Source: a virus
Strand: one strand, 5' to 3'
DNA length: 64,000 nucleotides
Virus record (IMG/VR): IMGVR_UViG_3300018080_000158
Coordinates: 15,580-79,579 of that record
Shown here one piece after another: positions 20,288 to 27,957 of the stretch; position 1 is the first letter of the stretch; every line of letters starts with the position of its first letter. A program made the position numbers and the translations under genes. The notes under the pieces are model-generated. The model did no database searches, had not been told where the DNA came from, and saw nothing but the letters and a program-made list of their open reading frames with translations.

Positions 20288-20305
20288 ACTTTCAGACGAT
20301 TGAAA
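20288..20305. repeat. Dispersed palindrome copy 2 (ACTTTCAGACGATTGAAA)
   Basis: Same motif as 9536, 22331 and 31361; sits just upstream of the initiator RBS. Confidence 0.8.
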
Positions 20306-20374
20306 CCAAATCAAGATTGCATTTCTGTGTGCGTTCCGTTTTTGGAACGCTCAAAGATTATCTCTTATTATAGG

Positions 20375-20487
20375 CTCATATTATATATTCATATTATATA
20401 GTGTGACACCAGTGTCATAGTACTATGACACCCGTGACACAGTACTATGACAGCCATGTCATAGTACTATGACAGCCATGTCATAGT
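20375..20487. repeat. Iteron-like palindromic repeats plus AT-rich tract; putative replication origin
   Basis: Perfect palindrome GTGTCATAGTACTATGACAC (20412-20431); 22-bp tandem AGTACTATGACAGCCATGTCAT x2 (20441-20484); AT-rich CATATTATAT x2 adjacent. Confidence 0.7.
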
Positions 20488-20506
20488 CTCTACTAGTATT
20501 TTTTCC

Positions 20507-20535
20507 TTGACAAGTGCCATTTTGACTCATAATAT
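20507..20535 (+). promoter_or_regulatory. Antisense sigma70 promoter
   Basis: TTGACA-N17-TAATAT. Confidence 0.55.
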
Positions 20536-20541
20536 ACTCAC

Positions 20542-20626
20542 AGACAACGGGCTTTTTGCCCGTTCATCTCACCTCTCTTTCCCTACGTTGGGGGCTGGTA
20601 ATGGGCGACCAGCCCCCTTCTATTTT
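20542..20626 (+). ncRNA. Putative ~85-nt antisense RNA
   Basis: Downstream of the + strand promoter; hairpin AACGGGC/GCCCGTT, then terminator GGGGGCTGGT/ACCAGCCCCC followed by TTCTATTTT. Confidence 0.4.
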
Positions 20627-20930
20627 AGCCATCCTTTGACTCGAACAAAGGTTTTGGATCAAAATCAGCACAGAGTAATTGGTTCAAAAATAGTACTTCA
20701 AAATCAATCGCTTCATCTCTTCTATCAAAACCAACCTTGGTTATCAATCTGCGTGTTCCATCAGAGTGATTTAAGTATACTTTCCATTTGTTGGTCTTGG
20801 GATCGTATTCGACATTTGAGGCCCGTGTAACGGCCTTGTTCCCAGGAATGTCCCTCACAATACTATCATCATTATATAGAGTAATTATAGTACCGTCAGG
20901 CTCTATAACAAAGACTTGTTCCTTAATCAT
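20625..20930 (-). CDS. Conserved hypothetical protein of Ycf46/DUF1257/DUF2997 loci
   Basis: IEPDG.I.TLY.D...RASNVE.D...W...F..R.EAI.FE pattern, recalled from such loci. Confidence 0.6.
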   Translation of the reverse strand: MIKEQVFVIEPDGTIITLYNDDSIVRDIPGNKAVTRASNVEYDPKTNKWKVYLNHSDGTRRLITKVGFDRRDEAIDFEVLFLNQLLCADFDPKPLFESKDG

Positions 20931-21041
20931 CGCTACTCTCTCCTGTAGTAGTTAAAAGAAGAAGGGACGGCCCCTCAAAGCGTGGTTTGTGGCCAAGGCC
21001 GGGTAGGTCACAACTCGCTAAGAGGGACCTGTTAGTAATAT

Positions 21042-21248
21042 CTACCTAGTACCAAGACTCTGTCCAACATTGCTTACCTTGTAGTAATCAGGTTTCTTGC
21101 GAACATCTTTAACAACTCCGGCAAGAGTCTTTTGCATCTTTTCCCCTAGAGTTAAACACCCCTTACCGTTAAAGCCATGCCCCTCTATAGTAACATCAGA
21201 TCCATCTGGGGAAATTACTATTTCTAAAATCTTGGCTTTGCCAGCCAT
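21042..21248 (-). CDS. DUF2997 family protein
   Basis: I.ISPDG.V.IE..GF.GKGC......L.......KPDYY. Confidence 0.8.
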   Translation of the reverse strand: MAGKAKILEIVISPDGSDVTIEGHGFNGKGCLTLGEKMQKTLAGVVKDVRKKPDYYKVSNVGQSLGTR

Positions 21249-21259
21249 ACCATCACCTC

Positions 21260-21634
21260 CTAATATCCTACGCAAGCTCTCAAAACGATCCTTCCGTCCT
21301 CTTGGACCTTCCGACCTGTAATACTCATCCGATTGCTCCTAGCAAATTTGCGAATGGTCTCTTCAGCATAGCTGCGAGTAATTTCCTGGCCCCCTCTCAA
21401 GCGACGAAGGAGTGAACTGTCTGTGTCTCCCTCAAGACGAAAGCCTCCTTTATAGTGTACAAGACACGCAGTGCCACCCGCTGGGTCTCGAAGAGTATAC
21501 TTCACATCATTGCCGGATCTGCTTCTTTTTGCCAGCTCTGTGTTCTCTTCCAAAGAGACACCGAGTTTTTCACAAGTAATTTTGAAACACTCCAAATCCT
21601 CAATCACTACTCCAGACTTCATCCAAAAACTCAT
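21260..21634 (-). CDS. DUF1257/Ycf35-like protein
   Basis: MS.....V.IEDLE......LG...D...YA....DGRIVL pattern; adjacent to DUF2997. Confidence 0.7.
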   Translation of the reverse strand: MSFWMKSGVVIEDLECFKITCEKLGVSLEENTELAKRSRSGNDVKYTLRDPAGGTACLVHYKGGFRLEGDTDSSLLRRLRGGQEITRSYAEETIRKFARSNRMSITGRKVQEDGRIVLRACVGY

Positions 21635-21680
21635 TTTGTTGTCCTCCTCTCTTTAAAGGTTAAATGTATTTACTGCTATT

Positions 21681-22244
21681 TCAAAAACGCAAGTATCTCA
21701 TATTTAAACCAGGTGGAAGCCATTTTTCTACGGTTACAAGCTTCTTAAGGGTTTCGACTGGAAGCATCTTTTGGTGTCGTAAGTAAGTCTGCGATAGCTG
21801 TGAGGCATGTAGTAAATCCAAAGCTTCTTCTTTTTTGAGAAATGAAAACTTACCCTTAAGATAGGCATTAGTTAAAGTGTGCGCTATACTATTGTTTGCA
21901 TATCTATCTGGGAAAGCTACTCTGAAAGGTTTGATAGTAACAGTGGGATGTTTTTCTTTATCGACTACTCTCAAGTAGAATGAAAAAGAAATGTAAGGTG
22001 TATTTGGAGTTCTGTGTTGCAGAAACAGTTTTAAGTAGGGACATGGACTTATAAACCTACGGGAATCCCTTATACTATCGGCCAGATCTTCCTTTGATCG
22101 ATAGACGAAATTTAAATTTACTGCTTTGAAAAAAGGAATTTCCTGACCATTTTGAATTAGGAAGAGTAAAAACTTTTCATGACACTCACGCAGGCTGTTT
22201 CTATAAACGCCGCCATGGTACTCAAAACTGTATTGTCTCTCCAT
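21681..22244 (-). CDS. Hypothetical protein ending MRYLRF
   Basis: First gene after the promoter at 22278-22306. Confidence 0.7.
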   Translation of the reverse strand: MERQYSFEYHGGVYRNSLRECHEKFLLFLIQNGQEIPFFKAVNLNFVYRSKEDLADSIRDSRRFISPCPYLKLFLQHRTPNTPYISFSFYLRVVDKEKHPTVTIKPFRVAFPDRYANNSIAHTLTNAYLKGKFSFLKKEEALDLLHASQLSQTYLRHQKMLPVETLKKLVTVEKWLPPGLNMRYLRF

Positions 22245-22277
22245 CTCTACACCCCCGGCCTTTTTTTGCACTAGCAA

Positions 22278-22306
22278 GAAATAGCATAGCTTAAATTTTT
22301 TGTCAA
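22278..22306 (-). promoter_or_regulatory. Sigma70-like promoter
   Basis: TTGACA-N17-TATTTC with TG; 28 nt (22281-22308) identical to 31309-31336. Confidence 0.65.
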
Positions 22307-22330
22307 GTGTTTTTTTAAGGGCGTTTTTTC

Positions 22331-22351
22331 ACTTTCAATCGTCTGAAAGTA
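22331..22351. repeat. Dispersed palindrome copy 3
   Basis: ACTTTCAATCGTCTGAAAGTA. Confidence 0.85.
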
Positions 22352-22373
22352 ACATTTATAAGCTATTAATATG

Positions 22374-22553
22374 CTAGTGTTTAGAGGTATCTTTTATTAC
22401 CCTATCAACTATTCTATCGATTTTCTCTCTCCATTTCTTATAGCAAATAGCCAAGGCTTGATTTTTAGGTCGGCCCTCGGACATAAGGAAACCCACGCAT
22501 CGATTAATATACTCAGATTCTTTTTCTTTGGGATTCGGTTTTGGAATAGGCAT
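22374..22553 (-). CDS. Small phage head-associated hypothetical protein (59 aa, missed by ORF track)
   Basis: GGAGGTGG RBS; MPIPKPNPKEKESEYINRC...QALAICYKKW, a pattern common near phage head genes. Confidence 0.75.
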   Translation of the reverse strand: MPIPKPNPKEKESEYINRCVGFLMSEGRPKNQALAICYKKWREKIDRIVDRVIKDTSKH

Positions 22554-22785
22554 AATGAACCACCTCCCATATACTTAATATTGGACAAACTGAAAATCTA
22601 AGTAATAAGATACAAAAGAAACACTCAAAACAGAAAGGAAGTTCGGTTAAAACTTTTGGATGCAATACTCCAAATACTAGCCCGTGCTCGGTTTTCTTCT
22701 TGAACCATGTAGATTTGAGCCCCCAAAAGCATACCCACTTTTTGTCAAATAGAGCGTTCGGAAAATGTCTAATTCTCATCTTCAT
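22513..22785 (-). CDS. Hypothetical protein
   Basis: ATG coupled to the upstream stop; overlaps the next gene. Confidence 0.4.
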   Translation of the reverse strand: MKMRIRHFPNALFDKKWVCFWGLKSTWFKKKTEHGLVFGVLHPKVLTELPFCFECFFCILLLRFSVCPILSIWEVVHYAYSKTESQRKRI

Positions 22786-23057
22786 GTTGTACCATCCCAT
22801 ATAATTACTACAAGCTCACAAGAAGGCAATGTCTCTATGAGAAAGTCTATTGTTTCACGGACAGCCGGATCTTTAGTCCTCATCTTCTTTAACTCTCTAA
22901 CCATATCTGACATTTTAGTAGACCATCCTAAAATGAGAAAATGCTCAAGGTGCTTTGTCTTTACTTTGGAGCGCTCAACAGCACGTTTAAGATCATCAAG
23001 ACCTCGACCAGTAACAAAATCGGCTTTGTACCCGTTAGCATCGCATAATTGATACAT
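22782..23057 (-). CDS. Hypothetical protein (possible immunity protein)
   Basis: Coupled ORF downstream of the MuF toxin. Confidence 0.6.
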   Translation of the reverse strand: MYQLCDANGYKADFVTGRGLDDLKRAVERSKVKTKHLEHFLILGWSTKMSDMVRELKKMRTKDPAVRETIDFLIETLPSCELVVIIWDGTT

Positions 23058-23345
23058 TTACTCCTCCACCACTTGTATAGTAACACCATCAAGAGACGAC
23101 ACTTTGTTGTCGTCTATGTTCCATTGTCTCTTTCTGGTAGAAATTGATTTGACTCTAATTTTAGATTGCCAAACAAAATCACCATTCTGGTTAGGTAGTA
23201 TATCGTTGTGCATTACTTCGTTGGAAATCACTTCTGAGGGAATGCCAAAAGTAAATGCACGGCACTTTCCATTTTTTCTGTAGTGCTTGCATGTAAAACA
23301 TTGAGATGCCAATGTAGTTAGTAAAGCGTCCTTATTTTTTTTCAT
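23058..23345 (-). CDS. Cys-rich small protein, paralog 2 (possible MuF-toxin immunity)
   Basis: CFTCKH...CRAFTFGIP.E......H. Confidence 0.65.
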   Translation of the reverse strand: MKKNKDALLTTLASQCFTCKHYRKNGKCRAFTFGIPSEVISNEVMHNDILPNQNGDFVWQSKIRVKSISTRKRQWNIDDNKVSSLDGVTIQVVEE

Positions 23346-23529
23346 ACCTTATTCCTCTATCGCCAGGATACGCTCTCCTGTGATCAATTTTTCCGGTGAG
23401 TATATCTACAGGAATACCAGCCGGAAACGCCTTACACGTAATAGATACAGCATCTCTATGCTTGCAAGTGTTGCACAAAGCGAAGTAAAATTGTTCATCT
23501 ATCTCAAATTTGCTCAATGGTTTGTTCAC
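23332..23529 (-). CDS. Cys-rich small protein, paralog 1 (possible MuF-toxin immunity)
   Basis: CNTCKH...CKAFPAGIP.DI..G..DH...Y.GD.GIRYE. Confidence 0.7.
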   Translation of the reverse strand: MNKPLSKFEIDEQFYFALCNTCKHRDAVSITCKAFPAGIPVDILTGKIDHRRAYPGDRGIRYEKK

Positions 23530-26177
23530 GCTAACTCCTCTAGGTGAATCGTTACTGGCCCAGATCCAGTAGCTCCTCCCCTATACCAGTCATAGCCTGT
23601 AACCTTTGTTACTCTAAAAAGACTATTGTGATCAAATAGAACTTCTTTCTCGGTAGGAAAATTAGTCAAGTCTTTCGTAAGCAATACTCCATTTTTGGAC
23701 TTTATTTTGTAAAGGACATTAATGTTTCCTCTAGCAAATTCCAAAGCCCGGTCCTTATCTAAAGAAGTAGAGAGAAACCCTTTAGTGTTCACTATAGCAT
23801 CTTCAGACATATCACTCATAAAGTCATCTAATTTTAGTTTACTCCCAAATCCTTTACCTCTCCAAACAGTAGTTTCTACTTTAGGCGCTTTAGACAGAAC
23901 GCTCCGTATGGTTTTGATTTGCTTATTGGCTAAAGCTGATGTTTCGTCCCTCTTTAACAGCCTATTGAATATCATATGTTGAGTCTCTCCAGGGACAACT
24001 ATATCTTCCGAAGTATAGTTTTTAACAATGTTCATTTCAGCTTTGGTAAGACTTTTAGCGAAATCCTTCATATTACTAATTGCTTCTTTTTCTGTTGCTG
24101 CTCGTGCCACTGGAGACGCCGCCCAATCAACACGTTCCCGAACATAGGTCATGATATCATGGTTGTCTTGAGCCACATTCTCCCATATATCATGAAAGAG
24201 TACTCTATTTAACTCATGTTCACTAAGTGTTCCTGGCGGGAGTTCATTATAGTAGTTATAAACAATCTTCTGCCATTGATCTAAAGACTGATTTAGTATA
24301 CGATCAGTAACTGCTTGACGAGTCAATTTCTGTTTAGCAATTTCTTTCTGGTTGAGAGTTATGGTATACCTATAATCCTTCGTAACAGCAGTCATTGATT
24401 CCCCTTGATGAGTAATCAATGTCATTACGTCTTCAGGAGACAGGGATGTCTCAAAAGGATGATTGTGAGTAAAGATCCCTCCCTTAAAGTCTATCTTAGC
24501 TTTCTTTAACGCCTTAACTTCCATTGGTGTTATTTCGACTTTAGATTTTGTTCCTGCCTTCTGAAATATAATATCCCCCTCTTTGTTGAACACAACAAGC
24601 GTTTCCTTATCTAAGTGAGAAATGTGTTTCTCTAGTGCGTATTGTAATGAAGAAATATTTGGCTTTACTATTGGATCTAAAGAGTGTCCTAGTATTATTT
24701 CCTGAAGGTCTTCTATGTTGTCAACTTCCGTGAGGCTTCCAAGACGAAAGCTCCCAACGCCTTCCTTGTAGTACAGTTTGCCTGTCCGTTCGTCAAAGAC
24801 TACGGTATGTACTGTAACCTTATGACTAGGATCGTCCATCATCTTAAATTTTTTAAGCCTCGCACGTTTATTATCAAGGCTATCTTTCCTCATAGTAATC
24901 TTATCTGTCTTTGCATCTATGAGAGTTTTTACTTCAACAACATGATCCGGCACATCGTCGAAACTATGATGCCCGACCCATACATCAAAAGGACTTCTGG
25001 CTTTGGTACACTCTCCACCTAATACTCTAGCAAGTCTTTGCTCGTTTCTTCTGGCTATGTCTTGTTTCGATTTTGTTGCAGGATTATAGTGCTTAGTAGC
25101 TCTTTCTACTCTTTTCCTGTCTTTCTTAGACATAGCCGATACATCAAGGAAAGAGTCCGGGCCTATTGGAATAGTGTATAGCTCAGGTATTACATCAGCA
25201 GACATTCCAGAAAAAATAATATCACATCTGCACTTGTTGTGGAAGGGCGGTATGTAGCCCTCTTGAGAAATATCATCACTCTCTCTGCCTTCAATATCAC
25301 CCATACGCACAAAAGGCATAATGTCTGACAAGTCTCCAGGCTCTAATATATCGCACGATAGTATATCATCTACCCTTCCCATAGCGGCAGGGACAGAAAA
25401 CTCGTGGCCGTCTAGAGCGTCGCACACAGGGCAAACTTTATCATCCCCTTGAGTAATTACTATATAGGTGTTGATGCCAAACATATCTGCTTGCTCAATA
25501 GCAGTTGCAGACCAGAATGTTCCAACCTCTACATCACTAACCAAATCAAAATAAGAGTCTGGTTGATCTAAGAAGGTATCTGTTCTAGCCAAGAACTGAT
25601 CCAATTGCTCCTTAGTCATGCTTTTACTAGCGGCTGCTTGCTCAGCCAAGCTCAAAGCTCTGTCTCTATACACAGACTCTGGATACCTCGTTACCAGTAT
25701 TTCCATTTGTTGCATGAATTTTTCTTTGGTTGGCTTATAAACAGCTTTCTCTGTCTTTGAAGTAAGTCTAAAAAAGTGAGCAATCGAACGATCTCTAGTA
25801 AGGTCAAAAATGTGAGACACCTTACCAGCCACATCTCTCCACATTCCATTACCTACAATTTCTGATTGATCGTAAAAGATATCCACCATGTCATGTAAGG
25901 CAGTAATAGATTGCTCGTTTAAAATAGCAGCAATCCTATTTTGTAACTTGGCTGCATGTTGTTTCCAGGAAGATCTTAAAATTGTAGCAAGTAGTCTTTG
26001 CTCAGGACCCCAAAGCAGAGTACTTGCATCGGCTTTAAAGACAGGCACAACTGAACTTGCGATAGGCGACAATTGAGCATTATTAGTAAGAAGCATAAAA
26101 GCCAAATCAAAAGAGTCTAGATCAAACAGCTCTTCTGCGTTTGGCTTCTTTGAGTGTAAGCAAGACACCATTGGCAT
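23526..26177 (-). CDS. MuF (gp7-like) minor head protein fused to PD-(D/E)xK nuclease, JAB-like and ADP-ribosyltransferase domains
   Basis: DDKVCPVC and PPFHNKCRC (MuF); PFDV...VEVKT; THNHP...S.ED; VWRG, FLSTS, EKEVL (R-S-E ART). Confidence 0.85.
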   Translation of the reverse strand: MPMVSCLHSKKPNAEELFDLDSFDLAFMLLTNNAQLSPIASSVVPVFKADASTLLWGPEQRLLATILRSSWKQHAAKLQNRIAAILNEQSITALHDMVDIFYDQSEIVGNGMWRDVAGKVSHIFDLTRDRSIAHFFRLTSKTEKAVYKPTKEKFMQQMEILVTRYPESVYRDRALSLAEQAAASKSMTKEQLDQFLARTDTFLDQPDSYFDLVSDVEVGTFWSATAIEQADMFGINTYIVITQGDDKVCPVCDALDGHEFSVPAAMGRVDDILSCDILEPGDLSDIMPFVRMGDIEGRESDDISQEGYIPPFHNKCRCDIIFSGMSADVIPELYTIPIGPDSFLDVSAMSKKDRKRVERATKHYNPATKSKQDIARRNEQRLARVLGGECTKARSPFDVWVGHHSFDDVPDHVVEVKTLIDAKTDKITMRKDSLDNKRARLKKFKMMDDPSHKVTVHTVVFDERTGKLYYKEGVGSFRLGSLTEVDNIEDLQEIILGHSLDPIVKPNISSLQYALEKHISHLDKETLVVFNKEGDIIFQKAGTKSKVEITPMEVKALKKAKIDFKGGIFTHNHPFETSLSPEDVMTLITHQGESMTAVTKDYRYTITLNQKEIAKQKLTRQAVTDRILNQSLDQWQKIVYNYYNELPPGTLSEHELNRVLFHDIWENVAQDNHDIMTYVRERVDWAASPVARAATEKEAISNMKDFAKSLTKAEMNIVKNYTSEDIVVPGETQHMIFNRLLKRDETSALANKQIKTIRSVLSKAPKVETTVWRGKGFGSKLKLDDFMSDMSEDAIVNTKGFLSTSLDKDRALEFARGNINVLYKIKSKNGVLLTKDLTNFPTEKEVLFDHNSLFRVTKVTGYDWYRGGATGSGPVTIHLEELA

Positions 26178-26189
26178 CCTCGGCTTTGT

Positions 26190-27944
26190 CTATCGTTCCG
26201 TTAAGTCTTCAGCTATAGTCTGCAACCCAAGCAGCATTCTATATAATTGCTTCTCCTTATTGCTGAACATATCGCTCTTAAAGAATTTCTTTGCAGGCCC
26301 TGGTAAGTAAAGTTGGGAGGGCTGCTCCTTGCCGTCCAATTGCTTCACGTTGTCCTCTATCGTTCTGTCCTCAGCTTCTACAAGCAATTCCATACCTTTA
26401 AGCGTCTTGCCCATCTTTACTAGTTCTAAGATGAGAGTCAAAGGAAAGTTTGCCCATTCAGCATCTATCCTACTCATTTCCAAACCTAACGCTTCGTTGC
26501 CTCTTTCGATTGCGTTGTTAATTGAAATAGCACCTGCTTTAGTAAATACTTCTACAGCATTGCTTATCTCATTAGACCCAGCAACCTTTGGTCCCTTGCT
26601 TTCCATGCGCCACAGTGTAACTCCAAGCTCGTTTCTAGTGATCTTAGCATTCCATGGCTCATCAAAATCTTGACGATTAGGAATGAATACTTGTTCTTCT
26701 CCGACTGTTTGAGAGGCTTTAGCAGTGGCATGAGTAAACATTTTTGCGTCCCCAAAATACAAAGGCGGGATTCGACTACTGTGTCGAAGATCTTGAGTAG
26801 TACGATCCATGTACTTATCAAACATGAGATCATCTTTGCGAAACTCCGCCAGGTTTTTTAGCTCTATTTTTGCATTACCCTTATCCTCCAAGCCAGCACT
26901 TTCAGCCTCGGACTCAAGTACTGCAACCCTATTCCAATTGGTAACACCACGCATACCTCGAATTATTGCTTCAAGGTCTTCCCAAGATTCATCGGAGAGT
27001 GTGCCATTGTTGACCAGTACTACAAGCGGAGGTATTCCTTGATTATTGAACAGATCGTAGTTGACAAATGTAGCATATCTCTTTCCCATTACTTGAAGTA
27101 TAGCTCCTATCCATTTTGGAAGTCCATATACTTCAGAACCAAAGTGGTACTTAAAATGCCAAATCTCAGAAGCCACTTTCTTACAGCTTCTATTTGAAGA
27201 TTTATATTCTCCATTGGTAGCATCCATAGGTCTAGGATCTCCAAACTCCTTAAACCACCTGAGACGTTTGCCAGTAAAGCCTAGTTGAGCATATTTCCGA
27301 AAATACTTCTTCACTTTGATATTAATCACTTTGCCATCTCTTTGCAGTGGCAGCGTAACAGTGACGGGCTTAGTCTGTTGTTTGCTCATTCGCAAGTCTT
27401 TAAAAGGAGCGTGGTAGGCAAGCTGAATCCTTCCGGCTCTGCTTCTAAGCATTTCAAACGCACCATTGCCAAGAGCCTCCATGTCCTGTCGAAATTTCTT
27501 GCGGATTGTTCTCCAAGATTCTTCCTCATTAGCATAGTCCAAAAAGTTTTCAAGTCTGACTCGTTCTTGCTTAGCTTGAGGGCTGTCCTTATCCTGATCG
27601 TCGCCTAAAAACACTAACTTGTACCCAAAGCCGTCTATGTTTTGAATCTTTGCGTCGATACACCCCTGTAGTAAATCGCTTTCCTCATAGACAGTGGTAA
27701 GCCTGTGAAATGGGTATGGAGGTTGTATCAATCTGTTTTTGACATAGAGAGACTCGAAACGATCTTCATCCTCTTGGATATTCCGTTCATAGTGCTCCGA
27801 GCTATCCCCATCAGCCTTTTGTATACTGTGAAGCTTTTTGTGCCTTACCGAACGCCTAGTGTTGAAAGCTTTTCTAAGAGAAGACAATTCCTGTTTTACT
27901 ACAACCAATTCTTTACTCTGATCTTCTACTTTTCGCTTAGCCAT
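26190..27944 (-). CDS. Portal protein (PBSX-like)
   Basis: LIQPPY, ALGNGAFE, YGLPKW, FNNQGIP, RIPPLY.G; upstream of MuF. Confidence 0.9.
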   Translation of the reverse strand: MAKRKVEDQSKELVVVKQELSSLRKAFNTRRSVRHKKLHSIQKADGDSSEHYERNIQEDEDRFESLYVKNRLIQPPYPFHRLTTVYEESDLLQGCIDAKIQNIDGFGYKLVFLGDDQDKDSPQAKQERVRLENFLDYANEEESWRTIRKKFRQDMEALGNGAFEMLRSRAGRIQLAYHAPFKDLRMSKQQTKPVTVTLPLQRDGKVINIKVKKYFRKYAQLGFTGKRLRWFKEFGDPRPMDATNGEYKSSNRSCKKVASEIWHFKYHFGSEVYGLPKWIGAILQVMGKRYATFVNYDLFNNQGIPPLVVLVNNGTLSDESWEDLEAIIRGMRGVTNWNRVAVLESEAESAGLEDKGNAKIELKNLAEFRKDDLMFDKYMDRTTQDLRHSSRIPPLYFGDAKMFTHATAKASQTVGEEQVFIPNRQDFDEPWNAKITRNELGVTLWRMESKGPKVAGSNEISNAVEVFTKAGAISINNAIERGNEALGLEMSRIDAEWANFPLTLILELVKMGKTLKGMELLVEAEDRTIEDNVKQLDGKEQPSQLYLPGPAKKFFKSDMFSNKEKQLYRMLLGLQTIAEDLTER

Positions 27945-27957
27945 CGTGAATCACTCC

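Noticed and set aside
20401-20490. Possible CRISPR array
   Set aside because: Repeats are contiguous or nested palindromes with no unique spacers; better explained as iterons
20507-20830. + strand 107-aa ORF
   Set aside because: Its TTG start is the -35 box of the antisense promoter, and it crosses a terminator and overlaps a conserved minus-strand gene
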